DNA of 64,000 bases. It comes from Escherichia coli (lineage in GTDB: Bacteria; Pseudomonadota; Gammaproteobacteria; Enterobacterales; Enterobacteriaceae). The stretch's first letter is position 1. The number at the start of each line of letters is the position of its first letter. Positions 12,871 through 23,307 of the stretch are shown piece after piece. Location of the stretch: assembly GCF_965641715.1 (NCBI RefSeq), contig NZ_OZ282453.1. One strand, written 5' to 3'. The position numbers and the translations under genes were made by a program. Under the pieces are notes generated by a model that was not told the DNA's origin, made no database searches, and worked only from the letters and a program-made list of their open reading frames with translations.

Positions 12871-13054
12871 GGCCTGTCCTTAACTGTATGAAATTGGGAT
12901 ACAACAGGTAGCATACCCGCTCAGAGAATATGCGGAAGTAAGGATTTAGCATATCTATATACAGAAGGGAAATAATGACATGCAAGATGGAATAAGGGGC
13001 GGCATAAGCCACCCCTGTTTCACACAAACGGTTTACAAAATAACCGGTAGATTG

Positions 13055-13816
13055 TTACCGCCACATCGCGTGTTTATCGCGATAGCAATCGACCCACATC
13101 GCCGTCGCGCCACAAACGGCAACGGGCATGATGAACAGATTAAGCAGCGGGATCATCGTAAACAGGCTGGTTAAAGCACCAAACTGCATATTGGTGATTT
13201 TGCGTGTGCGCAGGGCGGTGCGCATCTCTTTAAACGGCACTTTGTGGTTATCGAAGGGGTAATCGCAATACTGGATGGCTAACATCCAGGCGCTAAACAG
13301 GAACCACAGTACCGGCGCGACGGTTTGCCCAATACCAGGGATGAAGTAAAGAATTAGTAATACAATTGCGCGTGGCAGATACCAGGCAAATTTTTGCCAT
13401 TCGCGTTTCATGATTCGCGGCACATCTTTCATGATACCGAAAATCCCGGTATCTGGCGGTGTAGCGCCAGTCAATCGTGCTTCCAGTTGTTCAGCCAATA
13501 AACCGTTGAACGGAGCGGCAATCCAGTTAGCAATCGTTGAGAAGAAATAGCCAAACACTAACAGCACAGAGATGACAGCCAGAGGCCACAACAGATAGCT
13601 CAGCCATTGTAACCAGTCCGGAACATAACTCATGAGAGTCGGGATCCAGACATCGAGTTGCGTAAAGAGCCACCAGAATGCGCCCCCCATCAACAAAATA
13701 TTGACCAGCAGCGGTAAAATAACGAAACGCCGAATCCCAGGTTGCGAGACGAGCTTCCAGCCTTGCGCAAAATAGTAAAAACCGCTGCGTGGGGCAGATG
13801 TGAATGATGAAACCAT
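13055..13816 (-). CDS. cysZ: Sulfate transporter CysZ (inner membrane)
   Basis: 253-aa multi-TM ORF; position between cysK and zipA. Confidence 0.9.
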
Positions 13817-14045
13817 AATCAGGATGAGCTCCTTTTGACCAATCCCAGGAAAATTGTGCGTATTTTACCGGGTAATTGCGCAATGGACAGTTAGGATATG
13901 TTCGAAAAAACAGCAAAAAGCACGATTTCATCTATCTTTGTGCTGTGAAAGTTAATAGTGCACTTGCACTTGAGGTAATCGGCAAATACTCTTAGTGAGT
14001 AAATGTTTGCCGTGGTGGCAAGGTGTTAGAACAACAGAGAATATA

Positions 14046-15044
14046 ATGATGCAGGATTTGCGTCTGATATTAATCATTGTTGGCGCGATCGCCATAATCG
14101 CTTTACTGGTACATGGTTTCTGGACCAGCCGTAAAGAACGATCTTCTATGTTCCGCGATCGGCCATTAAAACGAATGAAGTCAAAACGTGACGACGATTC
14201 TTATGACGAGGATGTCGAAGATGATGAGGGCGTTGGTGAGGTTCGTGTTCACCGCGTGAATCATGCCCCGGCTAACGCCCAGGAGCATGAGGCTGCTCGT
14301 CCGTCGCCGCAACACCAGTACCAACCGCCTTATGCGTCTGCGCAGCCGCGTCAACCGGTCCAGCAGCCGCCTGAAGCGCAGGTACCGCCGCAACATGCTC
14401 CGCGTCCAGCGCAGCCGGTGCAGCAACCCGTGCAGCAGCCTGCCTATCAGCCGCAGCCTGAACAGCCGTTGCAGCAGCCAGTTTCGCCACAGGTCGCGCC
14501 AGCGCCGCAGCCAGTGCATTCAGCACCGCAACCGGCACAACAGGCTTTCCAGCCTGCAGAACCCGTAGCGGCACCACAGCCTGAGCCTGTAGCGGAACCG
14601 GCTCCAGTCATGGATAAACCGAAGCGCAAAGAAGCGGTGATTATCATGAACGTCGCGGCGCATCACGGTAGCGAGCTAAACGGTGAACTGCTTCTTAACA
14701 GCATTCAACAAGCGGGCTTCATTTTTGGCGATATGAATATTTACCATCGTCATCTTAGCCCGGATGGCAGCGGCCCGGCGTTATTCAGCCTGGCGAATAT
14801 GGTGAAACCGGGAACCTTTGATCCTGAAATGAAGGATTTCACTACTCCGGGTGTCACTATCTTTATGCAGGTACCGTCTTACGGTGACGAGCTGCAGAAC
14901 TTCAAGCTGATGCTGCAATCTGCGCAGCATATTGCCGATGAAGTGGGCGGTGTCGTGCTTGACGATCAGCGCCGTATGATGACTCCGCAGAAATTGCGCG
15001 AGTATCAGGACATCATCCGCGAAGTTAAAGACGCCAACGCCTGA
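14046..15044 (+). CDS. zipA: Cell division protein ZipA (332 aa as read here)
   Basis: ATG at 14046 gives [31 protein letters not shown]...; N-terminal TM anchor, long P/Q-rich linker, C-terminal FtsZ-binding domain. Track ORF from 13995 is an upstream extension. Confidence 0.9.
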
Positions 15045-15073
15045 TACACTTAAGGCAAATTAACTCCTCTTCG

Positions 15074-15097
15074 AACCCCCGCTTGTCGGGGGTTTTT
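15074..15097 (+). terminator. Putative rho-independent terminator downstream of zipA
   Basis: Hairpin aacccccg-cttgt-cgggggtt followed by ttttt. Confidence 0.55.
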
Positions 15098-15105
15098 AGC
15101 ATTGA

Positions 15106-17130
<2,025 letters not shown>

Positions 17131-17131
17131 G

Positions 17132-17350
17132 ATGGAAAAAGAGCAGCTGATTGAAATAGCCAATACGATAATGCCGTTTGGCAAATACAAAGGGCGTCGC
17201 TTAATCGACCTGCCGGAGGAGTATCTGCTGTGGTTTGCCCGCAAAGATGAGTTCCCGGCAGGGAAGCTCGGTGAGCTAATGCAAATCACGCTGCTGATTA
17301 AAACCGAGGGGCTGACGCAACTGGTCCAGCCCCTGAAGCGTCCGCTTTAA
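17132..17350 (+). CDS. ypeB: Small conserved protein YpeB (72 aa)
   Basis: ATG at 17132, 1 nt after the ligA stop (MEKEQLIEIANTIMPFGKYKGRRLIDL...); track ORF 17039.. is an extension overlapping ligA. Confidence 0.8.
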   Translation: MEKEQLIEIANTIMPFGKYKGRRLIDLPEEYLLWFARKDEFPAGKLGELMQITLLIKTEGLTQLVQPLKRPL

Positions 17351-18345
17351 GCTTTATCGGTGCTGCTTTCCTGCTGCGCCTGTAACTGTTCGGTCTGGCG
17401 TTTGTATCGACGCGCCAGCACCGCACAGACCATCAATTGGATCTGATGGAAAATCATCAGGGGCAGCACCATCATACCGATCACCGATGTGGGGAACAGA
17501 ATGTTTGCCATCGGGATGCCATTTGCCAGACTCTTTTTCGAACCACAAAAGACGATAGTAATTTCATCTGCCTTATTGAAGCCCAGTCGGCGTGCCATAA
17601 AGACGTTAACTACAATCACGATAGCCAGAAGAACGCAGCTGACCACCACGATAAACAGCAATGATCCCCAGCCAACTTTATGCCAGATACCATTAACGAC
17701 GGCTTCGCTGAACGCTGTATAAACCACCAACAGAATGGACGTCTGGTCAGTTTTCGCAATCCATTTTTTATTGCGCGACACCCAGTCACCAATCCACGGC
17801 CGGGAAAGATGCCCCAACACAAACGGCAGCAGCAGTTGCAGCATAATTTTACCGACCTGCTCAAGGCTGCCCCCTGCACCGTGAACATTCATCACCAGAC
17901 CAACCAGCAATGGTGAAAGGAAAATCCCCAGCAGGCTGGATGCTGACGCAGAACAAACCGCCGCCGCGACGTTACCGCCCGCCATTGACGTGAAGGCGAT
18001 TGCAGACTGCACGGTAGCCGGGAGAATGCACAAGTAGAGAAAACCGGAGTAGAGCATCGGGTCGACATTTACCGGTTTCCACCAGGCAAACAGTACACCC
18101 AGAATCGGAAACAGCACGAAGGTGCTGCACATTACCCACAAATGCAGTCGCCAGTGACCACCGCCAGCAATAATCGCCTCACGCGACAACTTCGCGCCGT
18201 GCATAAAGAACAGCAGGGCAATAGCTGCGGTGGTCAGATTTTCAAAGAAGGGGACGAAATCGCCTCTGGCCGGAAAGAAAGAGGCCAGCAACACCACCGT
18301 GATCAGGGTTAAGGTGAAAGGATCGAGGATACGAAAAAGTTTCAT
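17347..18345 (-). CDS. yfeH: Inner-membrane transporter, bile acid:sodium symporter-like family
   Basis: 332-aa multi-TM ORF; stop overlaps the ypeB stop (convergent, 4-nt overlap). Confidence 0.85.
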   Translation of the reverse strand: MKLFRILDPFTLTLITVVLLASFFPARGDFVPFFENLTTAAIALLFFMHGAKLSREAIIAGGGHWRLHLWVMCSTFVLFPILGVLFAWWKPVNVDPMLYSGFLYLCILPATVQSAIAFTSMAGGNVAAAVCSASASSLLGIFLSPLLVGLVMNVHGAGGSLEQVGKIMLQLLLPFVLGHLSRPWIGDWVSRNKKWIAKTDQTSILLVVYTAFSEAVVNGIWHKVGWGSLLFIVVVSCVLLAIVIVVNVFMARRLGFNKADEITIVFCGSKKSLANGIPMANILFPTSVIGMMVLPLMIFHQIQLMVCAVLARRYKRQTEQLQAQQESSTDKA

Positions 18346-18434
18346 AAAGACTCCAGATGATCGATGGTTCTATTGTGCTTCTTCCAGTTTGAGAAATAAA
18401 ATTGATTTATTGCATCCATTCATGAAGAAAACAG

Positions 18435-19361
18435 ATGAATTATTCTTTAAAACAATTAAAGGTTTTCGTCACAGTAGCGCAGGAGAAAAGTTTTAGTCGT
18501 GCAGGAGAGCGTATCGGCCTGAGCCAGTCGGCAGTAAGTCACAGTGTGAAGGAGCTGGAAAATCATACTGGTGTTCGCCTGCTGGACAGAACCACGCGTG
18601 AAGTGGTGCTTACAGATGCAGGGCAGCAGTTGGCTTTGCGTCTTGAGCGACTGCTGGATGAACTTAACAGCACGTTGCGCGATACCGGGCGTATGGGGCA
18701 ACAACTGAGCGGAAAAGTTCGGGTCGCTGCCAGCCAGACCATTTCCGCGCATCTTATTCCGCAATGCATTGCTGAAAGCCATCGCCGCTATCCAGATATT
18801 CAGTTTGTCCTGCACGATCGTCCGCAGCAGTGGGTGATGGAAAGTATTCGCCAGGGAGATGTCGACTTTGGCATCGTCATCGATCCAGGCCCAGTGGGCG
18901 ATCTGCAATGTGAAGCGATTCTTTCCGAGCCTTTCTTTCTGCTTTGCCATCGCGATAGCGCTTTGGCCGTGGAAGATTATGTACCCTGGCAGGCATTACA
19001 GGGAGCGAAATTGGTGTTGCAGGATTACGCGTCAGGCAGCCGACCGCTGATTGACGCAGCGCTGGCGCGCAATGGTATTCAGGCGAATATTGTGCAGGAG
19101 ATTGGACATCCGGCGACGCTGTTCCCGATGGTAGCCGCAGGCATCGGCATCAGTATTCTTCCCGCACTGGCGCTACCATTGCCTGAAGGTAGCCCACTGG
19201 TGGTAAAGCGCATTACGCCGGTTGTTGAACGCCAGTTGATGCTGGTGCGCAGGAAGAACCGTTCACTTTCCACCGCCGCTGAAGCGTTATGGGACGTGGT
19301 ACGAGACCAGGGCAATGCGCTAATGGCTGGTCGGGAAGGGGATCCGTTGTATCAGATATAG
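18435..19361 (+). CDS. yfeR: LysR-family transcriptional regulator
   Basis: 308-aa ORF with N-terminal HTH ([35 protein letters not shown]) and LysR substrate-binding domain; divergent from yfeH. Confidence 0.85.
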
Positions 19362-19693
19362 ATATCGATATGAGTCGTATTTTCAACAGGATTTAGAAGG
19401 GATACATTCAGAGACAAACGCTGCTCTTTCTCCTGCGCCTTTTCTGCCTGCTGTCTCTGCAACTGCGCCAGTTGTGTTTCCAGTAGGGTGATTTGCTGTT
19501 GAATCAATTCGGCCTGTTTTTGCTTGTCTTCAGCACTGCCGCTAGTGTCTACAATCTCTTTAATTTGTTGAGTGAGTTTGATGATTTGCTGACTTATCCG
19601 CGCGATTTGTGAAGCAACATCGCTACCTTGTGATGCCCTGTTACTACTCTGTGTTTGTATGGAAGGAATTGAAGTTGAAGAGATAGTGGCCAT
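19352..19693 (-). CDS. FlxA-like small Q-rich coiled-coil protein (113 aa)
   Basis: ATG at 19693 with AGGA 7 nt upstream; Gln/Leu-rich heptad region ([35 protein letters not shown]) and C-terminal IDIYI resemble FlxA-family proteins; overlaps the yfeR 3' end by 10 nt. Confidence 0.65.
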
Positions 19694-19721
19694 TGTTCAG
19701 TCCTCGTCACTGTACGAGGTA

Positions 19722-19748
19722 ATATCGGTAGAAGAACAAGGAACTTGA
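19722..19748 (-). promoter_or_regulatory. Candidate sigma28 (FliA) promoter for the FlxA-like ORF
   Basis: Minus strand reads TCAAGTTC-N11-ACCGATAT against consensus TAAAGTTT-N11-GCCGATAA; -10 ends about 28 nt upstream of the ATG. Confidence 0.45.
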
Positions 19749-19781
19749 GAAGAAAAATCAATCTTACAAATCGCAGATAGC

Positions 19782-19808
19782 AAAAAAGCGCCTTTAGGGC
19801 GCTTTTTT
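19782..19808. terminator. Hairpin terminator 3' of lysV (bidirectional shape)
   Basis: aaaaaagcgcc-ttta-gggcgctttttt immediately downstream of the tRNA-Lys 3' end. Confidence 0.65.
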
Positions 19809-19812
19809 ACAT

Positions 19813-19888
19813 TGGTGGGTCGTGCAGGATTCGAACCTGCGACCAATTGATTAAAAGTCAACTGCTCTACCAACTGAGCTAACGACCC
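19813..19888 (-). tRNA. lysV: tRNA-Lys (anticodon UUU)
   Basis: Reverse complement reads GGGTCGTTAGCTCAGTTGGTAGAGCAGTTGACTTTTAATCAATTGGTCGCAGGTTCGAATCCTGCACGACCCACCA. Confidence 0.97.
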
Positions 19889-19892
19889 GAAG

Positions 19893-19968
19893 TGGTGGGT
19901 GATGACGGGATCGAACCGCCGACCCCCTCCTTGTAAGGGAGGTGCTCTCCCAGCTGAGCTAATCACCC
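19893..19968 (-). tRNA. valY: tRNA-Val (anticodon UAC)
   Basis: Reverse complement reads GGGTGATTAGCTCAGCTGGGAGAGCACCTCCCTTACAAGGAGGGGGTCGGCGGTTCGATCCCGTCATCACCCACCA; 4-nt spacer to lysV. Confidence 0.97.
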
Positions 19969-20014
19969 ACTTCGGTACTTCACATTGTTACAAGAAATTT
20001 AGCTGGCGAGAAAG

Positions 20015-20090
20015 TGGTGGGTGATGACGGGATCGAACCGCCGACCCCCTCCTTGTAAGGGAGGTGCTCTCCCAGCTGAGCTAATCACCC
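20015..20090 (-). tRNA. valX: tRNA-Val (anticodon UAC)
   Basis: Identical 76-nt tRNA-Val sequence, second tandem copy. Confidence 0.97.
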
Positions 20091-20134
20091 ACTTCTCAAT
20101 TTCTTGCTACACGGCGGAGACTACATAAAGTAGT

Positions 20135-20210
20135 TGGTGGGTGATGACGGGATCGAACCGCCGACCCCCTCCTTGTAAGGGAGGTGCTCTCCCAGCTGAG
20201 CTAATCACCC
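20135..20210 (-). tRNA. valU: tRNA-Val (anticodon UAC)
   Basis: Identical 76-nt tRNA-Val sequence, promoter-proximal copy. Confidence 0.97.
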
Positions 20211-20227
20211 CCGCTGTGTGGAGTCGC

Positions 20228-20255
20228 ATTATAGGGAGAGTTCAAAATGAGTCAA
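20228..20255 (-). promoter_or_regulatory. Sigma70 promoter of the valU-valX-valY-lysV tRNA operon
   Basis: Minus strand reads TTGACT-N16-TATAAT followed by GC-rich discriminator gcgactcc, about 16 nt before the mature tRNA 5' end. Confidence 0.6.
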
Positions 20256-20468
20256 CGCATTTTCTAAAGAAATTGTTCGTTCGTCGTAAATTTAAGCAAG
20301 ATGATCGCAAAACAGACCGTGTTGCGCAATTTGTCAACGAAAACAATAATGCGTAAGGTAGAAGCCCGAACTACATTGAGGAATCAGGCGGGAGTGATAG
20401 AATATCGCCCACTCAATTTTTCCAGGATTTGCCGGTTGTCGGCATCTTTCTAAACGTAAGGCCATTTC

Positions 20469-21884
20469 ATGAAAATCAAAACTCGCTTCGCGCCAAGCCC
20501 AACAGGCTATCTGCACGTTGGCGGCGCGCGTACTGCTCTTTACTCCTGGCTTTTTGCACGTAACCACGGCGGTGAGTTCGTGCTGCGTATTGAAGACACC
20601 GATCTTGAGCGTTCCACGCCGGAAGCTATCGAAGCCATTATGGATGGCATGAACTGGCTGAGCCTGGAGTGGGATGAAGGTCCGTACTACCAGACCAAAC
20701 GTTTTGATCGCTACAACGCAGTGATCGATCAGATGCTGGAGGAGGGCACTGCTTATAAATGCTATTGCTCTAAAGAGCGCCTGGAAGCGCTGCGCGAAGA
20801 ACAAATGGCGAAAGGTGAGAAGCCGCGTTATGACGGTCGCTGCCGCCACAGTCATGAGCATCACGCTGATGATGAGCCGTGTGTCGTACGTTTTGCTAAC
20901 CCGCAGGAAGGTTCTGTTGTTTTTGACGATCAGATCCGTGGTCCGATCGAGTTCAGCAACCAGGAGCTGGATGATCTGATTATCCGCCGTACCGATGGTT
21001 CCCCAACCTATAACTTCTGTGTGGTTGTCGATGACTGGGATATGGAAATCACCCACGTTATCCGTGGCGAAGACCATATCAACAACACGCCACGCCAGAT
21101 CAACATTCTTAAAGCCCTGAAAGCGCCGGTACCGGTTTACGCGCACGTTTCTATGATCAACGGCGATGACGGCAAAAAACTGTCCAAACGTCACGGGGCA
21201 GTCAGCGTAATGCAGTATCGTGATGACGGTTATTTGCCAGAAGCACTGCTGAACTATCTGGTGCGTCTGGGCTGGTCCCACGGCGATCAGGAAATCTTCA
21301 CTCGTGAAGAGATGATCAAATACTTCACTTTGAATGCCGTCAGCAAATCTGCCAGTGCGTTCAACACCGACAAGCTGCTGTGGCTGAACCATCACTACAT
21401 TAATGCGCTGCCGCCGGAGTATGTTGCTACTCACTTACAGTGGCACATTGAGCAGGAAAATATCGATACCCGTAACGGCCCGCAGCTGGCTGATCTGGTG
21501 AAACTGCTGGGCGAACGCTGCAAGACGCTGAAAGAGATGGCACAGAGCTGCCGTTATTTCTACGAAGATTTTGCTGAGTTCGATGCCGACGCCGCGAAAA
21601 AACATCTGCGTCCGGTAGCGCGTCAGCCGCTGGAAGTGGTTCGTGACAAACTGGCCGCGATTACTGACTGGACCGCTGAAAACGTTCATCACGCTATTCA
21701 GGCGACGGCGGATGAGCTGGAAGTGGGTATGGGTAAAGTTGGTATGCCGCTGCGTGTCGCCGTAACCGGTGCGGGGCAGTCTCCGGCACTGGATGTTACC
21801 GTTCACGCAATCGGTAAGACACGTAGCATTGAGCGTATCAACAAAGCGCTGGCCTTTATTGCTGAACGCGAAAACCAGCAGTAA
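20469..21884 (+). CDS. gltX: Glutamyl-tRNA synthetase
   Basis: 471-aa [33 protein letters not shown]... with HIGH-type and KMSKS-type (KLSKR) motifs. Confidence 0.97.
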   Translation: MKIKTRFAPSPTGYLHVGGARTALYSWLFARNHGGEFVLRIEDTDLERSTPEAIEAIMDGMNWLSLEWDEGPYYQTKRFDRYNAVIDQMLEEGTAYKCYCSKERLEALREEQMAKGEKPRYDGRCRHSHEHHADDEPCVVRFANPQEGSVVFDDQIRGPIEFSNQELDDLIIRRTDGSPTYNFCVVVDDWDMEITHVIRGEDHINNTPRQINILKALKAPVPVYAHVSMINGDDGKKLSKRHGAVSVMQYRDDGYLPEALLNYLVRLGWSHGDQEIFTREEMIKYFTLNAVSKSASAFNTDKLLWLNHHYINALPPEYVATHLQWHIEQENIDTRNGPQLADLVKLLGERCKTLKEMAQSCRYFYEDFAEFDADAAKKHLRPVARQPLEVVRDKLAAITDWTAENVHHAIQATADELEVGMGKVGMPLRVAVTGAGQSPALDVTVHAIGKTRSIERINKALAFIAERENQQ

Positions 21885-21903
21885 TTAGCGTGTAAAAAGA
21901 TAA

Positions 21904-21933
21904 ACGGCAGGAGATAATATCCTGCCGTTTTTT
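21904..21933 (+). terminator. Rho-independent terminator downstream of gltX
   Basis: Hairpin acggcagg-agataatat-cctgccgt followed by tttttt. Confidence 0.65.
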
Positions 21934-21935
21934 AT

Positions 21936-22328
21936 TTATGCTGATTCGTCAATATCGAGACGGGCGAGGAAATTGCGAATTCCTTCACGTGACAAAAATT
22001 GCGCGACTTTTTCCTGCTCAATGTCTGTCATATTATCTATCGCGTTGATGATTTGTCGATACGCCGGGGCGCGTGCTCCAGGAGCGTATTCAGCAATTCT
22101 CTCTTCAGCTTCCATCAACATTGGTGTGTTATGGAAGGCTGGCGTGTTCTGAATAAACTCGCAAACTTGCGTATCGACCAGAATAAGTCTGGCACGACCG
22201 CCTTTCACGCCGGGAAATTTTTCCGTTTTCCAGCCTTTTTCTCTGATCCAACGGTTAACAGTTTGTTTAGCCACACCGAGGCATTCAGCCAGTTCTTCGG
22301 TGGTCATTTTATTGCGTAATCTTTTCAT
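21936..22328 (-). CDS. yfeD: Small putative DNA-binding protein, YfeD-like (130 aa)
   Basis: N-terminal HTH-like segment (LAECLGVAKQTVNRWIREKGWKT); paralogous to the adjacent yfeC. Confidence 0.8.
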   Translation of the reverse strand: MKRLRNKMTTEELAECLGVAKQTVNRWIREKGWKTEKFPGVKGGRARLILVDTQVCEFIQNTPAFHNTPMLMEAEERIAEYAPGARAPAYRQIINAIDNMTDIEQEKVAQFLSREGIRNFLARLDIDESA

Positions 22329-22329
22329 A

Positions 22330-22689
22330 TTATTTGCTATCGCGAATCCCTAAGCGTTGTAACAATCCGATAATCCCTTCCCGCAGAAGCAAGGATGTAA
22401 ACTGTTTTTGTTCAACTGGCGTCATCTCTTTCGCCAGTGTCACCAGCAATACTTCAAGCGGCGCATCACCAGAAAGGGCAGGCGCTTCTCCCTGACCTTC
22501 TGGACGTTCAGCATTACGAATATATTCACGAACCTGTTCATTGACGTGAACCAGTCGGGCTTTGCCACCCTGGACGCCTGGTTTTGGTGACGTCGTCCAG
22601 CCTTCCTTGCGTACCCATTTATTAATGGTCTGGCGGCTATAGCCGGTCAGTCTGGCAAGTTCATCTGGCGTCATCCTCTCCTTGAACAT
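22330..22689 (-). CDS. yfeC: Small putative DNA-binding protein, YfeC-like (119 aa)
   Basis: N-terminal HTH-like segment (LARLTGYSRQTINKWVRKEGWTT); tandem paralogue of yfeD, separated by 1 nt. Confidence 0.8.
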   Translation of the reverse strand: MFKERMTPDELARLTGYSRQTINKWVRKEGWTTSPKPGVQGGKARLVHVNEQVREYIRNAERPEGQGEAPALSGDAPLEVLLVTLAKEMTPVEQKQFTSLLLREGIIGLLQRLGIRDSK

Positions 22690-22848
22690 AACAATTCCCT
22701 GAATGTATGTGGGTCTATTAGTAGTTCATTTTATAGCACCACTTTACAGGAAACCGTGACATGAATAACTACTGAATGCGAGCGGTTTTCCAAAATTGTT
22801 CATTTGCCTGATTTTTCAGCGATTGAAACTACACGCTGCAATTTGCCG

Positions 22849-22877
22849 TTGACACATTCGGGCGGAATTCATATGAT
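22849..22877 (+). promoter_or_regulatory. Sigma70 promoter of the tRNA-Ala pair
   Basis: TTGACA-N17-TATGAT followed by GC-rich discriminator gccgccc, about 32 nt upstream of the first tRNA-Ala. Confidence 0.6.
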
Positions 22878-22909
22878 GCCGCCCGTCAACTCGACAAGCT
22901 TTACGTGAC

Positions 22910-22985
<76 letters not shown>

Positions 22986-23024
22986 AATTTTGCACCCAGC
23001 AAATTTGGTACGTAAACGCATCGT

Positions 23025-23100
<76 letters not shown>

Positions 23101-23107
23101 AATTTCC

Positions 23108-23136
23108 AACCCTCGCTGCAAAGCGGGGGTTTTTTG
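23108..23136 (+). terminator. Rho-independent terminator after the tRNA-Ala pair
   Basis: Hairpin ccctcgc-tgcaaa-gcggggg followed by tttttt. Confidence 0.6.
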
Positions 23137-23307
23137 TCTCTGCTTTTTGCCGCTTTTGTAATACAGTCTACGTCCGGGTTAGCGCCGCCTGGTGAAAGCA
23201 TCATTGGATGAAAAATCGGCAACAGGCTGGCCCCTGTTTGCTTCGCGATGCGAATAAACTTATTATTTGTGTGCCTGAAAACCCCGATCAGTGAGAGTAG
23301 TGTACTC

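Noticed and set aside
14181-14647. Several 66-112 aa ORFs within the zipA linker, on both strands
   Set aside because: Products of the repetitive P/Q-rich coding sequence read out of frame (Arg/Leu- or Ala-rich).
20334-21434. 366-aa ORF antisense to gltX
   Set aside because: Fully contained within gltX on the opposite strand; a shadow ORF with no independent start signals.
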